64,000 nucleotides of DNA from Bacteroidia bacterium (GCA_030537315.1 JAUNNZ010000007.1:381-64380); one strand, 5' to 3'. Shown: positions 7,893-17,477, numbered from the stretch's first letter. Numbers and translations are program-made. The notes: generated from the letters alone by a model not told the origin.

Positions 7893-9029
7893 CTAGATCA
7901 AAGGTGTATATACGTCCTCCTCAACCTTAGGCGGCACGAACAATGCATCATAGAGCGACTGGTAGAGTGAGGAGAACAATTTCTGCTCAAGTTCAGTGTT
8001 CAGCTCAACGCCAAGGTCGTCGTGCAGTTTCCTGCGGAACTCGCCGCTGATGAAATCCTGCAGCGCCTCGGAAATCTGAGCCTGCATCTCTTCACGGAGC
8101 GCTTCCATCTTTTCCTGGACGCTTTGTGTCAGCTCCGGTTGGAGAGTCTCATATAATTCCTTCCTCAACTGTTCGCGGAGGGCGTCCACGTCAATCGTGC
8201 TGTCCTTGACCTCCACTCCGTCCAGGACAACGGCCGCCCTGCCAAGATAATCGTCCAGCCACTTCAGCCACAGCTGGACATCATACAGTGAACTTTCAGG
8301 TATCTCCTCGTGCTCTTCTGTATTCGGGTCCAAGACATAATATTTGACTGAGTTTGCTATTTCAGCAGTAAGGAGGATGAACTCATCGACCCTTATCTCA
8401 GGCCTGAGGCTCTTCAACAGAAGCATATTCTGGAGCATTGCACGCTTCATATCTCCAGAAGAAAGATTTTTATGTCCGGATACGGCCTCCATCTTCCCTC
8501 TCAACGATTCGCAGGCCACTGCAAAGCGAGGGTCTGAAACCATCTGCATACACGGGACTATGTATTCCCTGTCAAGAGATATCTCTCCGTCTTTAACGGA
8601 AAAGCGCATCAACGGCAGTTCATCACACTTGCCCAGTTCAGAGAAGCTTCGAATTTGATATACATACTCCGGCCGTGACATAGGCACGGTATCGCGTTCG
8701 AATTCAACAACTTCCTGTCCTATTCCCACGGTGAGGTAATGAAGTCCGTCACTCAAGTCCCCTATCTGGATTGAAGACCGGTCCTCCACATCTATCATCC
8801 TGCCTGATGGAAGCAGCGCCGTGCAACCGTCAACCTCGAATTCAAAAGACTTCCTGACGAAAGCTCCCTCGCATTTGAAATGCTCATTGGGCAATATGCC
8901 CACGCGAGAGCCGAATGCGGAACGCAGCAATGCCAGATCCCTGGCATCAGACTCTTTTGACAACGCCTTGAGAGCCTCCGCAGTTATCTCCATTCCAGGT
9001 TTCCAATTGATTCGGGAATTAATATCCAT
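7893..9029 (-). CDS. tssK: TssK-like baseplate protein with a helical C-terminal region
   Basis: N-terminal INWKPGMEI and YIVPC motifs as in T6SSiii TssK; lies between tssG and tssE. Confidence 0.7.
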   Translation of the reverse strand: MDINSRINWKPGMEITAEALKALSKESDARDLALLRSAFGSRVGILPNEHFKCEGAFVRKSFEFEVDGCTALLPSGRMIDVEDRSSIQIGDLSDGLHYLTVGIGQEVVEFERDTVPMSRPEYVYQIRSFSELGKCDELPLMRFSVKDGEISLDREYIVPCMQMVSDPRFAVACESLRGKMEAVSGHKNLSSGDMKRAMLQNMLLLKSLRPEIRVDEFILLTAEIANSVKYYVLDPNTEEHEEIPESSLYDVQLWLKWLDDYLGRAAVVLDGVEVKDSTIDVDALREQLRKELYETLQPELTQSVQEKMEALREEMQAQISEALQDFISGEFRRKLHDDLGVELNTELEQKLFSSLYQSLYDALFVPPKVEEDVYTPLI

Positions 9030-9040
9030 AAAGTGAAAAA

Positions 9041-9826
9041 TTAATCAAGTTCAATGTTGTAATCAAGTATCATTTTCCCTCCTTCGACTCCGTCACCGGA
9101 CTTCTGCCTGATTGCAAAACGGCAGACAGTATCCACAGGGATGAACCATTCGAGGAGGAAGTTGCAGAACGGCTTTATTTCAGCTGCCATCCTGCCGTAT
9201 TCCTCCACATCAAGGCCATCGACAAGCAAGTCATACCTTACCATAGGGAGCCAGCTTACAGTTGTATCCGTGCCGCTGAAACGTCCTCGCGACATTTTTA
9301 CCGGACAGCCCAGCACTGATTTCATCAGTTCGCGGATGAACACGAAATCTCCCCTCTTCTTGCTGACATAAGGAAGAATATAGGCTGCCTCACGGATATA
9401 CGGGTCGGTATTCTCATCCACCTCCACTCCATAATATCTGCTGAGTATAAAGTCCATCTTGTCCTCCAGAAGTTCAGACACCGTCCTCTCAATCCGGAGT
9501 TTTTTCCGGAAGTTGAAGGAATCTATAGGCAGGAACGCTTCCATCAGCAGATGGTTGCGCTTCTTCATAGCTTCATACTTTCCTTTGACCTCCTTTCCCT
9601 TCAGTTCTTCCTCCCTCGTGATGACACCCTGTGGAAGGAGTTTCAGGAAACCGTCCCGCGCCAGGGTCACCTCTGCCGTCTCGGGATCGACAGCAAGCGT
9701 ATCGTCGTTGTAATTCCGATAGAACGTGCCCTCGTGTCTCGCCACCCACTTGTCTTCAAGCTCAGGGTAGAGATAGTTCAAGAGCATCTCAGCGCTTATT
9801 TCCTTCAGATCCGATCTTAATTCCAT
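9041..9826 (-). CDS. tssG: T6SS baseplate subunit TssG (Bacteroidota type)
   Basis: GTFYRNYNDD, LARDGFLKLLPQG, FLPID and WFIP motifs; context. Confidence 0.75.
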   Translation of the reverse strand: MELRSDLKEISAEMLLNYLYPELEDKWVARHEGTFYRNYNDDTLAVDPETAEVTLARDGFLKLLPQGVITREEELKGKEVKGKYEAMKKRNHLLMEAFLPIDSFNFRKKLRIERTVSELLEDKMDFILSRYYGVEVDENTDPYIREAAYILPYVSKKRGDFVFIRELMKSVLGCPVKMSRGRFSGTDTTVSWLPMVRYDLLVDGLDVEEYGRMAAEIKPFCNFLLEWFIPVDTVCRFAIRQKSGDGVEGGKMILDYNIELD

Positions 9827-10962
9827 CAGTCGATTTCAAAATACGACAGCCTTCCGCCAGCCCTTACCTTCAGCACATCCCTCGGCGGAATGCCGAGTTC
9901 GCCCAAAGTCAGGGACTTGTACGGGAATGTACCGTCAATCTGCCTGTATTCGTTCTGCCACAGCGCCGAAAATGGCACTTCACGCATCTGCGGATGCGCT
10001 TCGGCAAAAGCCGCAACCTTGCGCCCCGGCAGCATGACCCTCCAGGAGCGCCCGCCATCCTTCTCTTCAACCGTATCCACAAAGCAGTCGTCGTGCAGGA
10101 AGAATGTCACATCCTGTGCGCCGGTGACAGCGGCAAAACCACCCAGCACGGCATCAACCGTGCTTTCAACATTAATATCCATCTTTCCGACAGGCTCCCA
10201 GCGCCCGTGCACCGGACAGTCGTCGTCGTATGCTTCAAACTCAGCGGTCCTCGTGGTCAGATGCTGACCGTCATAATAAAAAATCTTCCCTCCCAGGGAT
10301 GTGAACTCCCCCCTCTCCATCTCTTCAGTGTGCAGGAGCTTGATTGCTTCCTGAACCTGCACAGCCCCTATCACTGATGCCGCGACCCCCGTTGTCGGGA
10401 TGTGGCCGACATCCTCGTTGCGCCTGATCGCACCCGCGCAGGATGCGCGGCGCTTCAGCTCATCCAGCCCGGCAGGGCCCAGATTGCAGGCGTAACAGTT
10501 CTTTCCGGGCACAAACACCCTTGCAGTCCCTTCCAGGCCGTCTATCCCCCCGTCAACCCAAGGCGTGCCGGCTCTCATACAGAGCCTGTTGATGCAGTAT
10601 CTCGCCCACCTGCTGTCCACGCAGCCGATCACAACGTCCGCTTTGCGGAATACACCCAACCCCACATCATAAGCGACGTCGCCGAAAATCGTTTCAATCC
10701 CAATGCCGGGATTAAGTTCTTTCAGTCTCTCTGCGGCGGCATCTACCTTGCGGCGACCTGCAGCCGCATCTTCGCGGCGGAACAGGACCGAACGGTTCAG
10801 ATTCGAAGCCTCAACCAGATCGAAGTCCACGATGGTGATATGTCCCGCTCCCGCGAGCGCCAGATTCTTCAGCACTTCATTCCCCAGCGCCCCGCATCCG
10901 GCAACTATTATACTCGCTTCCCGCAACCTTTCCTGAGAGAAGGCCAGCCCGTCAATATTCAT
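9826..10962 (-). CDS. ThiF/UBA-family E1-like activating enzyme with C-terminal extension
   Basis: GCGALG nucleotide loop, DFDLVEASNLNR, GCVDS, CYAC...CPVH zinc site, candidate catalytic Cys in KRRASC (C175); 1-nt overlaps with vgrG and tssG. Confidence 0.9.
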   Translation of the reverse strand: MNIDGLAFSQERLREASIIVAGCGALGNEVLKNLALAGAGHITIVDFDLVEASNLNRSVLFRREDAAAGRRKVDAAAERLKELNPGIGIETIFGDVAYDVGLGVFRKADVVIGCVDSRWARYCINRLCMRAGTPWVDGGIDGLEGTARVFVPGKNCYACNLGPAGLDELKRRASCAGAIRRNEDVGHIPTTGVAASVIGAVQVQEAIKLLHTEEMERGEFTSLGGKIFYYDGQHLTTRTAEFEAYDDDCPVHGRWEPVGKMDINVESTVDAVLGGFAAVTGAQDVTFFLHDDCFVDTVEEKDGGRSWRVMLPGRKVAAFAEAHPQMREVPFSALWQNEYRQIDGTFPYKSLTLGELGIPPRDVLKVRAGGRLSYFEID

Positions 10963-13900
10963 TACAGATACTTCTCACAGAACGTCTTGACAGCGTACAA
11001 GTCTGAATTACTGAAAGATTTAAGTGTACCATTGTTAAAATACATTGTAGTGCCCTCAGTATCAGATATCAGTATCTGTCCGCGGCTTTCAGCGCTCCAG
11101 TTCCTGAATCCCTGAATTGATTTGCCGGTGAGTTGCTGGACAGGATTCAACTTGTCGAGGATGGCCTTGCCTGCATCCAGGATAGACGCCTTCAATTGGC
11201 CTTTCAGGCCGACATATTGACCTTTAAACTTATACTTGATATACTTTCCCCACTCATCATCACTATTGTAAATATCATTTTTGGTAATTGCTGCACTGCT
11301 GAGGCCAGATATCTTTTCGGTGCCATAGGCTACGTCAAGGACGGCTGCCACAATTTGACGTTTAATCTTATTGGGATCCACAAGAAGATACCTGGGATCC
11401 TTTATTATATCATCAAATTCACGCTGAATAGCATCCGTATAAGGCCCCAGATCTGCAGTAGACATAATTTTGGTCAGGTTGTCACCTTTGCTGTTTTGCA
11501 CCTGCCAGACCGTGTTGACCTGTACCAGTTTAAAACCAGTGGTAAGGCATACATTCCGGAGCTTTTTTATCATTTCGTTGGCTGTTGATAGCAAATCTGA
11601 CACTGAAGGGCCGAACGACGGATCACTTTGCCATTTCAATTTGTCGATTTTGCCCAACACGTGGTTATGCATCACCTTGATTTTGCCGACGAATTTGGAG
11701 CGCATCCACGTTTTCCTATATTCCTCATAATCGTCAGTAAATTTGATGGCAGAGCTTTTACAGTCAAACAGTTTGGCATCCTTGTTAATAGCCTTCCTGA
11801 TCAAAGTGTCAAAGGTGATTGCGTTGGAGTCCAGTATAGGCTTATGTTCATCTCCTTGCTTAAAAGTAAATGTGTCTTTCCACGTCTTGACGGTTTCCGC
11901 CAAGACACTGTCTATTTCCCTTCTATTATATAAGAGTGTATTCACAGCCCCGTCTATGAAATTCAAGGCATTGAGGAGCTTGGCTATCTTATCTCTTTCG
12001 TCATTTGAAGACGTTCCCTTAGGAATAACGAAACCCGTCCTAGGCATTTTCGCCGCAGCTCCGCCCGCCTGCATCATAAGGAAACGACCGCTCTTAAGAC
12101 TCAATGTACCTTCGCAAGGCTTGATGAAAATCTCGATCACATTCCTGAGATAGCTCAGATCAATGAGCATAGGCATAGCAGTATCAGTGACGAAATCAGC
12201 CGCCGCACCCAGAATCATATCTGAATATGTGCGGAAAGATCCCTTCTTTGCGTTGAAACCGGATTCAATGGTGACATTGTTTCCCGCTGTCAAGGTAATG
12301 TTCTTTCCGGCAATGTTTATGTCTCCGTTCGGGGCATTGATTGAAATTCCGGTGAATGCATTGATTCCGACTGTTCCGAAAGGACTGTTTATTGTAATGG
12401 ATTTGTCGGTAGAGCTCATCTTCAATGAATACGTACCGTAGTAATCGGTGAATTCAGTGGAGCCCAGCAGACGTGGCTTGTACTCTGAGTAACTGCCACC
12501 GACCATATCCGGCAGGACCCAACTCATCGGAGCCATCATAATAGGCATTGCATCCGCACCCAAAACGCTGTTTCCGCTTTTCGGGTCACTCATAAGCATC
12601 ATCTGCCCGTGCTCGGAAGACAAGACCACCGTATTGCGACGCGAAAGGTACTGGCCTTTGTTCTTCTGCTGATCCATTGTCGGCAGGAAGCCCGTGACAT
12701 ACGGCATATCCACATTGCCGTTCTCAAACTCAATCAGCGCACTGTCTCCAACAGCAGCCTTGAAGAATGCGGCACCTCCATTTGAATTCGCCATCTGGGT
12801 GCAAACCCTGATCCAAGGACTGGAATCCGCGCCATCCTTCTGCCAGCAGAAACGCACACGCACACGGCCAAGGAAAGAAGGGTCATCCACATCGGTGACG
12901 TATGCTCTCTGGCTACCGGCCTTTCTTACCGGAATGACGGAACAAGGCGGGATAGGCGCCCCGTTCACCTGAACGGCGACAACGTCTATCGGCTGACAGG
13001 CAGCCGTGGACCCATCCGCATTAACAATGACATCAAATGAAGCATTGATGCCGGTCACCATATAGTTAATCCCATCGAAAACAATGATGTCTCCCAGCAT
13101 CACATCCTTCGATATATTGGAAGAAATCTGCAATGAGAGCTGCTTCCGGCCTGCTTCGGCCTCCTTCTCCCAAACCAAAGAATAGAAAACTGAATTGACA
13201 TTAAGGTTCTTGTCCTTATCAAGAGATGTTATTTTGCGGTCACTGATACCGAAAAGCAACTTCTTGTCAACCGTCTCCCCCGAGAAGAATTTTTCATTGA
13301 AATGCTTATTGACGGTCTCCGCAAGACTACTGGTGTCCGAGGCATTTTCCTTGACAATATTCACTGCCGCAAGGAAAAGTCCGGCACCCATCGTATGCGT
13401 AAACAACGTGCCGAATGTATGATAGAAGCCCATTGCAGTATAGGCACGCTCCTCTTTGCTACTGCTGAACTTGTCTTTCTCGACGGTTTCAAAATACTCA
13501 TTTCCCGAAAGCTCAGAATTCCTGACATAGTTTTTGCCGGAGTATTTGCTGCCGCCCTTCTCCATATAGTTGTTATGGAAGGACTCCGAATCAGCCCCGT
13601 GATTATGCGAGGTATTGAAATCGGTATACACTATCCTGTCAAAATCGCTGCTGGTGAAATTATTCCCGGTCTTTGCTCCGAGAGTCAGCTTATTATTCCT
13701 GTCATCATAATACAGGAACTCGCCGCATCGGTTCGCCACTCTGGAGAGGAAACTGTAGAATGTCTCGTTGTACTGGACAAGATACGGCTGCAGGAATTCA
13801 TCTCCGTTCTCGTCCGTATTCTTGGTCTGGTCTGTCCCTGTGAAAGGCAAGCGCAGAATCTGCATATTCTTGCATTCCGTGGAAAGGGATGGGGAAAGCG

Positions 13901-14534
13901 TCTTGGATTCTTTTTTGAAGATATCGATACCAAGGCGCTTGTTTGTATATGCCTTGCTGTATTCAAATGAATCCAGAACCTTATCGGGACTGTATATTAC
14001 AAGATCAAGGAACAACTTTTTCTGCGCTGTATCATATCTTGGTGAAGATTCATAGACTTCATATCCGTCAGCAATCAGCTTGGCAGTGACTGTAGTATCA
14101 ACTTCAATGCTTGTGTTACCGGTCCGGGCATCCACAACCTCCTTAAAACTGACAACCTCAAGTTTTGCCCGCGCCTCCTTGAACCAGTCTGCAATACCGG
14201 GCAATATGCCGGCATTGAATTCGGTAGAGCATTCCAGCGTGGCCCTGATACAACTTGGCTCGTACAACTGTTTTTGGTACTTCAATGAGAAAAGGTTGAG
14301 CTTCCCGAAATCAATGGAATCTTTGATGACTTTTGTCTGTTTTTCTTCTCCCTCTTTTTTCGGTGGCTCATCAGTGGTTATTATGACTCTGCCCGAAACA
14401 GGGGTATCATTACAATTTGTAAAAGACACAACGAAATCCTCATCATCAATGGTCCAAGAATTGTAATACCTTTTAACCACACTCCCATCTTTGTATAAAG
14501 TCAAAGTGAGACGGTATCCATAAAAATTACCCAT
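10962..14534 (-). CDS. vgrG: VgrG/TssI spike protein with long C-terminal extension
   Basis: gp27-like VQYNETFYSFLSRVANRCGEFLYYD; gp5 OB-fold DDPSFLGRVRVRFCWQ...SPWIRV...VGD..LIEFENGNVDMPYV; beta-repeats ISINAPNGDINIAGKNITL; 1190 aa. Confidence 0.9.
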   Translation of the reverse strand: MGNFYGYRLTLTLYKDGSVVKRYYNSWTIDDEDFVVSFTNCNDTPVSGRVIITTDEPPKKEGEEKQTKVIKDSIDFGKLNLFSLKYQKQLYEPSCIRATLECSTEFNAGILPGIADWFKEARAKLEVVSFKEVVDARTGNTSIEVDTTVTAKLIADGYEVYESSPRYDTAQKKLFLDLVIYSPDKVLDSFEYSKAYTNKRLGIDIFKKESKTLSPSLSTECKNMQILRLPFTGTDQTKNTDENGDEFLQPYLVQYNETFYSFLSRVANRCGEFLYYDDRNNKLTLGAKTGNNFTSSDFDRIVYTDFNTSHNHGADSESFHNNYMEKGGSKYSGKNYVRNSELSGNEYFETVEKDKFSSSKEERAYTAMGFYHTFGTLFTHTMGAGLFLAAVNIVKENASDTSSLAETVNKHFNEKFFSGETVDKKLLFGISDRKITSLDKDKNLNVNSVFYSLVWEKEAEAGRKQLSLQISSNISKDVMLGDIIVFDGINYMVTGINASFDVIVNADGSTAACQPIDVVAVQVNGAPIPPCSVIPVRKAGSQRAYVTDVDDPSFLGRVRVRFCWQKDGADSSPWIRVCTQMANSNGGAAFFKAAVGDSALIEFENGNVDMPYVTGFLPTMDQQKNKGQYLSRRNTVVLSSEHGQMMLMSDPKSGNSVLGADAMPIMMAPMSWVLPDMVGGSYSEYKPRLLGSTEFTDYYGTYSLKMSSTDKSITINSPFGTVGINAFTGISINAPNGDINIAGKNITLTAGNNVTIESGFNAKKGSFRTYSDMILGAAADFVTDTAMPMLIDLSYLRNVIEIFIKPCEGTLSLKSGRFLMMQAGGAAAKMPRTGFVIPKGTSSNDERDKIAKLLNALNFIDGAVNTLLYNRREIDSVLAETVKTWKDTFTFKQGDEHKPILDSNAITFDTLIRKAINKDAKLFDCKSSAIKFTDDYEEYRKTWMRSKFVGKIKVMHNHVLGKIDKLKWQSDPSFGPSVSDLLSTANEMIKKLRNVCLTTGFKLVQVNTVWQVQNSKGDNLTKIMSTADLGPYTDAIQREFDDIIKDPRYLLVDPNKIKRQIVAAVLDVAYGTEKISGLSSAAITKNDIYNSDDEWGKYIKYKFKGQYVGLKGQLKASILDAGKAILDKLNPVQQLTGKSIQGFRNWSAESRGQILISDTEGTTMYFNNGTLKSFSNSDLYAVKTFCEKYL

Positions 14535-14540
14535 ATCCTA

Positions 14541-15257
14541 TCAGTTTTCCAAGGTCATATCACCCAACTGCATCTTGAAGGCAGCATCTACGCCTTTTGC
14601 AGCCTTTTCCTCATTTATCTTGTTTTCATTGCTGTCGTCTGACTTGCACCAACGTTCGTAGGCGTCTTCAATCTCTTTCGTCTTGCTCTCCTTCTGGGCC
14701 TTCACCTTCTCGACGAATGAATTATAAGCGTCTTCAAATTCCTTCTTTGTCTCATCCTGTGTTTCCTTCGGAAGGGTGGCGGCGGCAACTCCCGCCTTTG
14801 TGGCGGCAACGTCGAAATCAAGCTTCATCCGCTTGTCGCAGTCTTCATACAAAGCATTAACCAGATCAAGCATAGTGTCCTTCCTGTCCTTGTCAACAGG
14901 CGGGACAGTCAGCACAATAATCTTCGGAGCAGGCTTGTCGTCAGACTCTTTCTTTGCGGACGGATCGTCCACAAGATCCAGTTTAAACTCAGGATGTTCA
15001 AGCAATATAGCCTTGCATATGTGCGGTATCAGATCCTGGTCAATAGGAATAAGATGGAGGCAGGTATCATCCGGCTTTGCCAGCTGCGCCACCTTTTCTA
15101 TCTCGTATTCGTTTTCGTCAATGACCACCTTCACGGATAGAAGGGAAACAGGATCAGGCTTGACGCAGATATTCATATACCTGTAAGCAAGCAAGGTACA
15201 ATATCCATACAGGCGGCCCTGCATATTGTTTAGAATGTCCAAAATCTGAAATGTCAT
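14541..15257 (-). CDS. Ribosome recycling factor (RRF)-like paralogue, degenerate
   Basis: Collinear RRF pattern: NICVKPDPVSLLSVKV (~IRTGRANPALLD.I.V), PDDTCLHLIPID (~PDARTLVIQPWD), IIVLTVPPVDKDRK (~IRL.IPPLTEERR), terminal KESKTKEI helix. Confidence 0.7.
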   Translation of the reverse strand: MTFQILDILNNMQGRLYGYCTLLAYRYMNICVKPDPVSLLSVKVVIDENEYEIEKVAQLAKPDDTCLHLIPIDQDLIPHICKAILLEHPEFKLDLVDDPSAKKESDDKPAPKIIVLTVPPVDKDRKDTMLDLVNALYEDCDKRMKLDFDVAATKAGVAAATLPKETQDETKKEFEDAYNSFVEKVKAQKESKTKEIEDAYERWCKSDDSNENKINEEKAAKGVDAAFKMQLGDMTLEN

Positions 15258-15269
15258 AGCTGCATTGAT

Positions 15270-15656
15270 TTACTTACCTGTTGCTTGTGATCCCTGGCCC
15301 GGGAACGTTACCGAAATCTGACCTCCCCACGCGCACATACATTTACCATTGTCAAGCAAAGCCGGCATCTGGCAGACCTTGACCTGTGCCCCCGGATTCC
15401 AGGGCGCCGAGATCACCGGGATGCAAGGCATAGGGGTGAGAACGCCCATTGCGGCAGCCGTTGCGGCAGCCACTTGCGGGTTGGACATCGACTGGCACAT
15501 TCCAAAAGGTTTGATGTTCACCATAGGGGCGAAATCCATAATGTTGGCCATCGGCATATTCTGGTTCATCGGACGCATACCGACTACGGTCAGAGGCGAT
15601 GGTGCCATTCCGAAGCTGCATTGGAGCATAGCTCCCATCGTAACGAATTTCCCCAT
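15270..15656 (-). CDS. PAAR-like spike tip protein (DUF4280)
   Basis: GAMLQCSFG, NIKPFGMC, PCIPVISAPW, KCMCAWGGQI are DUF4280 motifs. Confidence 0.92.
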   Translation of the reverse strand: MGKFVTMGAMLQCSFGMAPSPLTVVGMRPMNQNMPMANIMDFAPMVNIKPFGMCQSMSNPQVAAATAAAMGVLTPMPCIPVISAPWNPGAQVKVCQMPALLDNGKCMCAWGGQISVTFPGQGSQATGK

Positions 15657-15658
15657 AA

Positions 15659-17461
15659 TTACTCGTCCTTGAGGAGCACCTGTTTAGGTGCTGCTTCCTC
15701 AGTTATCTTCTGTGACAGTTTCGCTGATGAAGGGGCTCCAGGGACCGCGATACCGTCACTTATATTCGTTGACTTGAAGGACTTGGACGCCTCGAGGTTG
15801 TCCGCGGTCAGTTTAGGCGCTTTCACATCTGCCTTGAACTCGGTCTTGCCGTTGACAGTGGCATCGCCGAACACGGCGGTCTTGCCGCCGCCTATGGAAA
15901 GATTGCCGCCATCGAGCTGGACCGTAGCCTTGTCCTGCTGAATTTCCGCAGTTGTCTTTGCAATGACTCCTATCTTCTCGGACGCCATCTGAATCTGTTT
16001 GCTCTTGTTCTTGTCTTTCTCAAGAGATCCGACATACATCTTTTCGGAAAGCAGGACCATTGTACTGCCGGCAGAAAGTTCCTTCTCTTCCAGACTATCC
16101 TTGCCCACATCCATCGACTTGATTCCGATTGCCTTTGCATTTATGTTGACATTGCCGTCACATTTGCCTTCCGGAGTCGTTGCAAGAACAGATACATTCT
16201 CGGCACGAAGAAGCACGCTTCCATTCTTGGTAAGGGCTTTTTCTTTAATCTGATCCTCCTTTACCTCATAATCCACTGCGGCAATGGAGATGTCCTTGGA
16301 CAAAAGTCGCATAGTACCCTCGGCCTGGAAATCAGTATTGCCTTTATCCGGTTTCGAGTTGGCCGTCGAGAGCGTGATATTCTCGGAAGAGGCGGTAATG
16401 CCGCTGTCCTTGATCAGTGTTCCGTCAGACTTCAGTGATGCGAAATTGACGCGTTTTGCATTGACGCTGAAACCAGCGGCATCGCTCTCCCTGATATTAC
16501 CGTCTCCATCAACGGAATTGACAGATATAATCTCTGAATTCAGCAGAAGTTTCGAGCCGGTGCTTTCCTTTTCGAAATTGGTCTTTTCCGAATCAAGCAA
16601 TTTCTTGGTTTCTTCCAAAGAAGCCAATGCCCTGTTCTTTTCCGCAAGCGCCGACATCCCGTGAAGATATGAGGTCAACGCATCGAAAAGGGACATCGTC
16701 AGAGACTCATACGATTCTTGAATCTCCAAGAGGTCGTCCTTATTGGCAAAAACGTTCTCCATCGCATCATTCTTCCCCTCTGTAGAATCAAGAAGTTTCT
16801 GTATGTCGGAAATAATGGAGTTGACGGTTGACTTGCTCTTGCCTACAATACTCTTCAATTCCTTCTGTTCATCCTTGAGGCTTTTCTCCTCCTCGGCAAG
16901 CGCTTCCGAATGCCTGGCATTCGACCTGGTCGCATCCACTACGATTCCACTGTCGGCGTGTATCAGTACGCCTGTTCCACTTGCGGAGGACAATGGCTGG
17001 GAGAAATATCCGTTTTCGTCACTTGACTGGATAATGATGCTCCTGGCCTGGTTGACTATCTGGGAGTTCGGACTGACCACATTCTCAAAACCATCGATTC
17101 CCGAATCAACAGCAACATTTATTATATTGGTTGCCCTGTTGGTGATTGATCCGCCTGCAGTGTTTCCTGCTCTGCCCACGCCATTGGTTTCAACATCATT
17201 CGCCCTGATGGTGACCTTCGAGAACGGGCCGTCACTCCACAGGTCCCCGGACATATCGACGTTGCCGATGACGATTTCCGGAGCGGAGATGACAATACGG
17301 CGGTCATCACGGATATATTTGCCGGCGCTGATGTCGTTGAGGATCTCCTTCTTCATCCTCTGCACCTCTTCCTTCTGTTTGCGGACTTCCTCCACATCCT
17401 TTTCGAGGCTGTTCTGCAGCTTTTCAATCGCCTTGAGCCAATCTTTGAAAATGTAATCCAT
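15659..17461 (-). CDS. Hypothetical protein with coiled coils and spike-like beta-strand repeats
   Basis: Repeated h-x-h-x-A/S-x-x-I-x-h units (VTIRANDV, FSVNAKRV, VLLRAENV, VNINAKAI, IQMASEKI); stop is 2 nt from the PAAR start. Confidence 0.7.
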   Translation of the reverse strand: MDYIFKDWLKAIEKLQNSLEKDVEEVRKQKEEVQRMKKEILNDISAGKYIRDDRRIVISAPEIVIGNVDMSGDLWSDGPFSKVTIRANDVETNGVGRAGNTAGGSITNRATNIINVAVDSGIDGFENVVSPNSQIVNQARSIIIQSSDENGYFSQPLSSASGTGVLIHADSGIVVDATRSNARHSEALAEEEKSLKDEQKELKSIVGKSKSTVNSIISDIQKLLDSTEGKNDAMENVFANKDDLLEIQESYESLTMSLFDALTSYLHGMSALAEKNRALASLEETKKLLDSEKTNFEKESTGSKLLLNSEIISVNSVDGDGNIRESDAAGFSVNAKRVNFASLKSDGTLIKDSGITASSENITLSTANSKPDKGNTDFQAEGTMRLLSKDISIAAVDYEVKEDQIKEKALTKNGSVLLRAENVSVLATTPEGKCDGNVNINAKAIGIKSMDVGKDSLEEKELSAGSTMVLLSEKMYVGSLEKDKNKSKQIQMASEKIGVIAKTTAEIQQDKATVQLDGGNLSIGGGKTAVFGDATVNGKTEFKADVKAPKLTADNLEASKSFKSTNISDGIAVPGAPSSAKLSQKITEEAAPKQVLLKDE

Positions 17462-17477
17462 AAAACCTTAACCTTGG

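Noticed and set aside
9826-10962. ThiF/MoeB of thiamine or molybdopterin biosynthesis
   Set aside because: No thi/moa genes or rhodanese domain nearby; co-encoded with an E2, a Ubl and a RING protein
14541-15257. Calling this gene frr
   Set aside because: Conserved ribosome-contacting basic motifs are missing and the context is not translational; left as RRF-like
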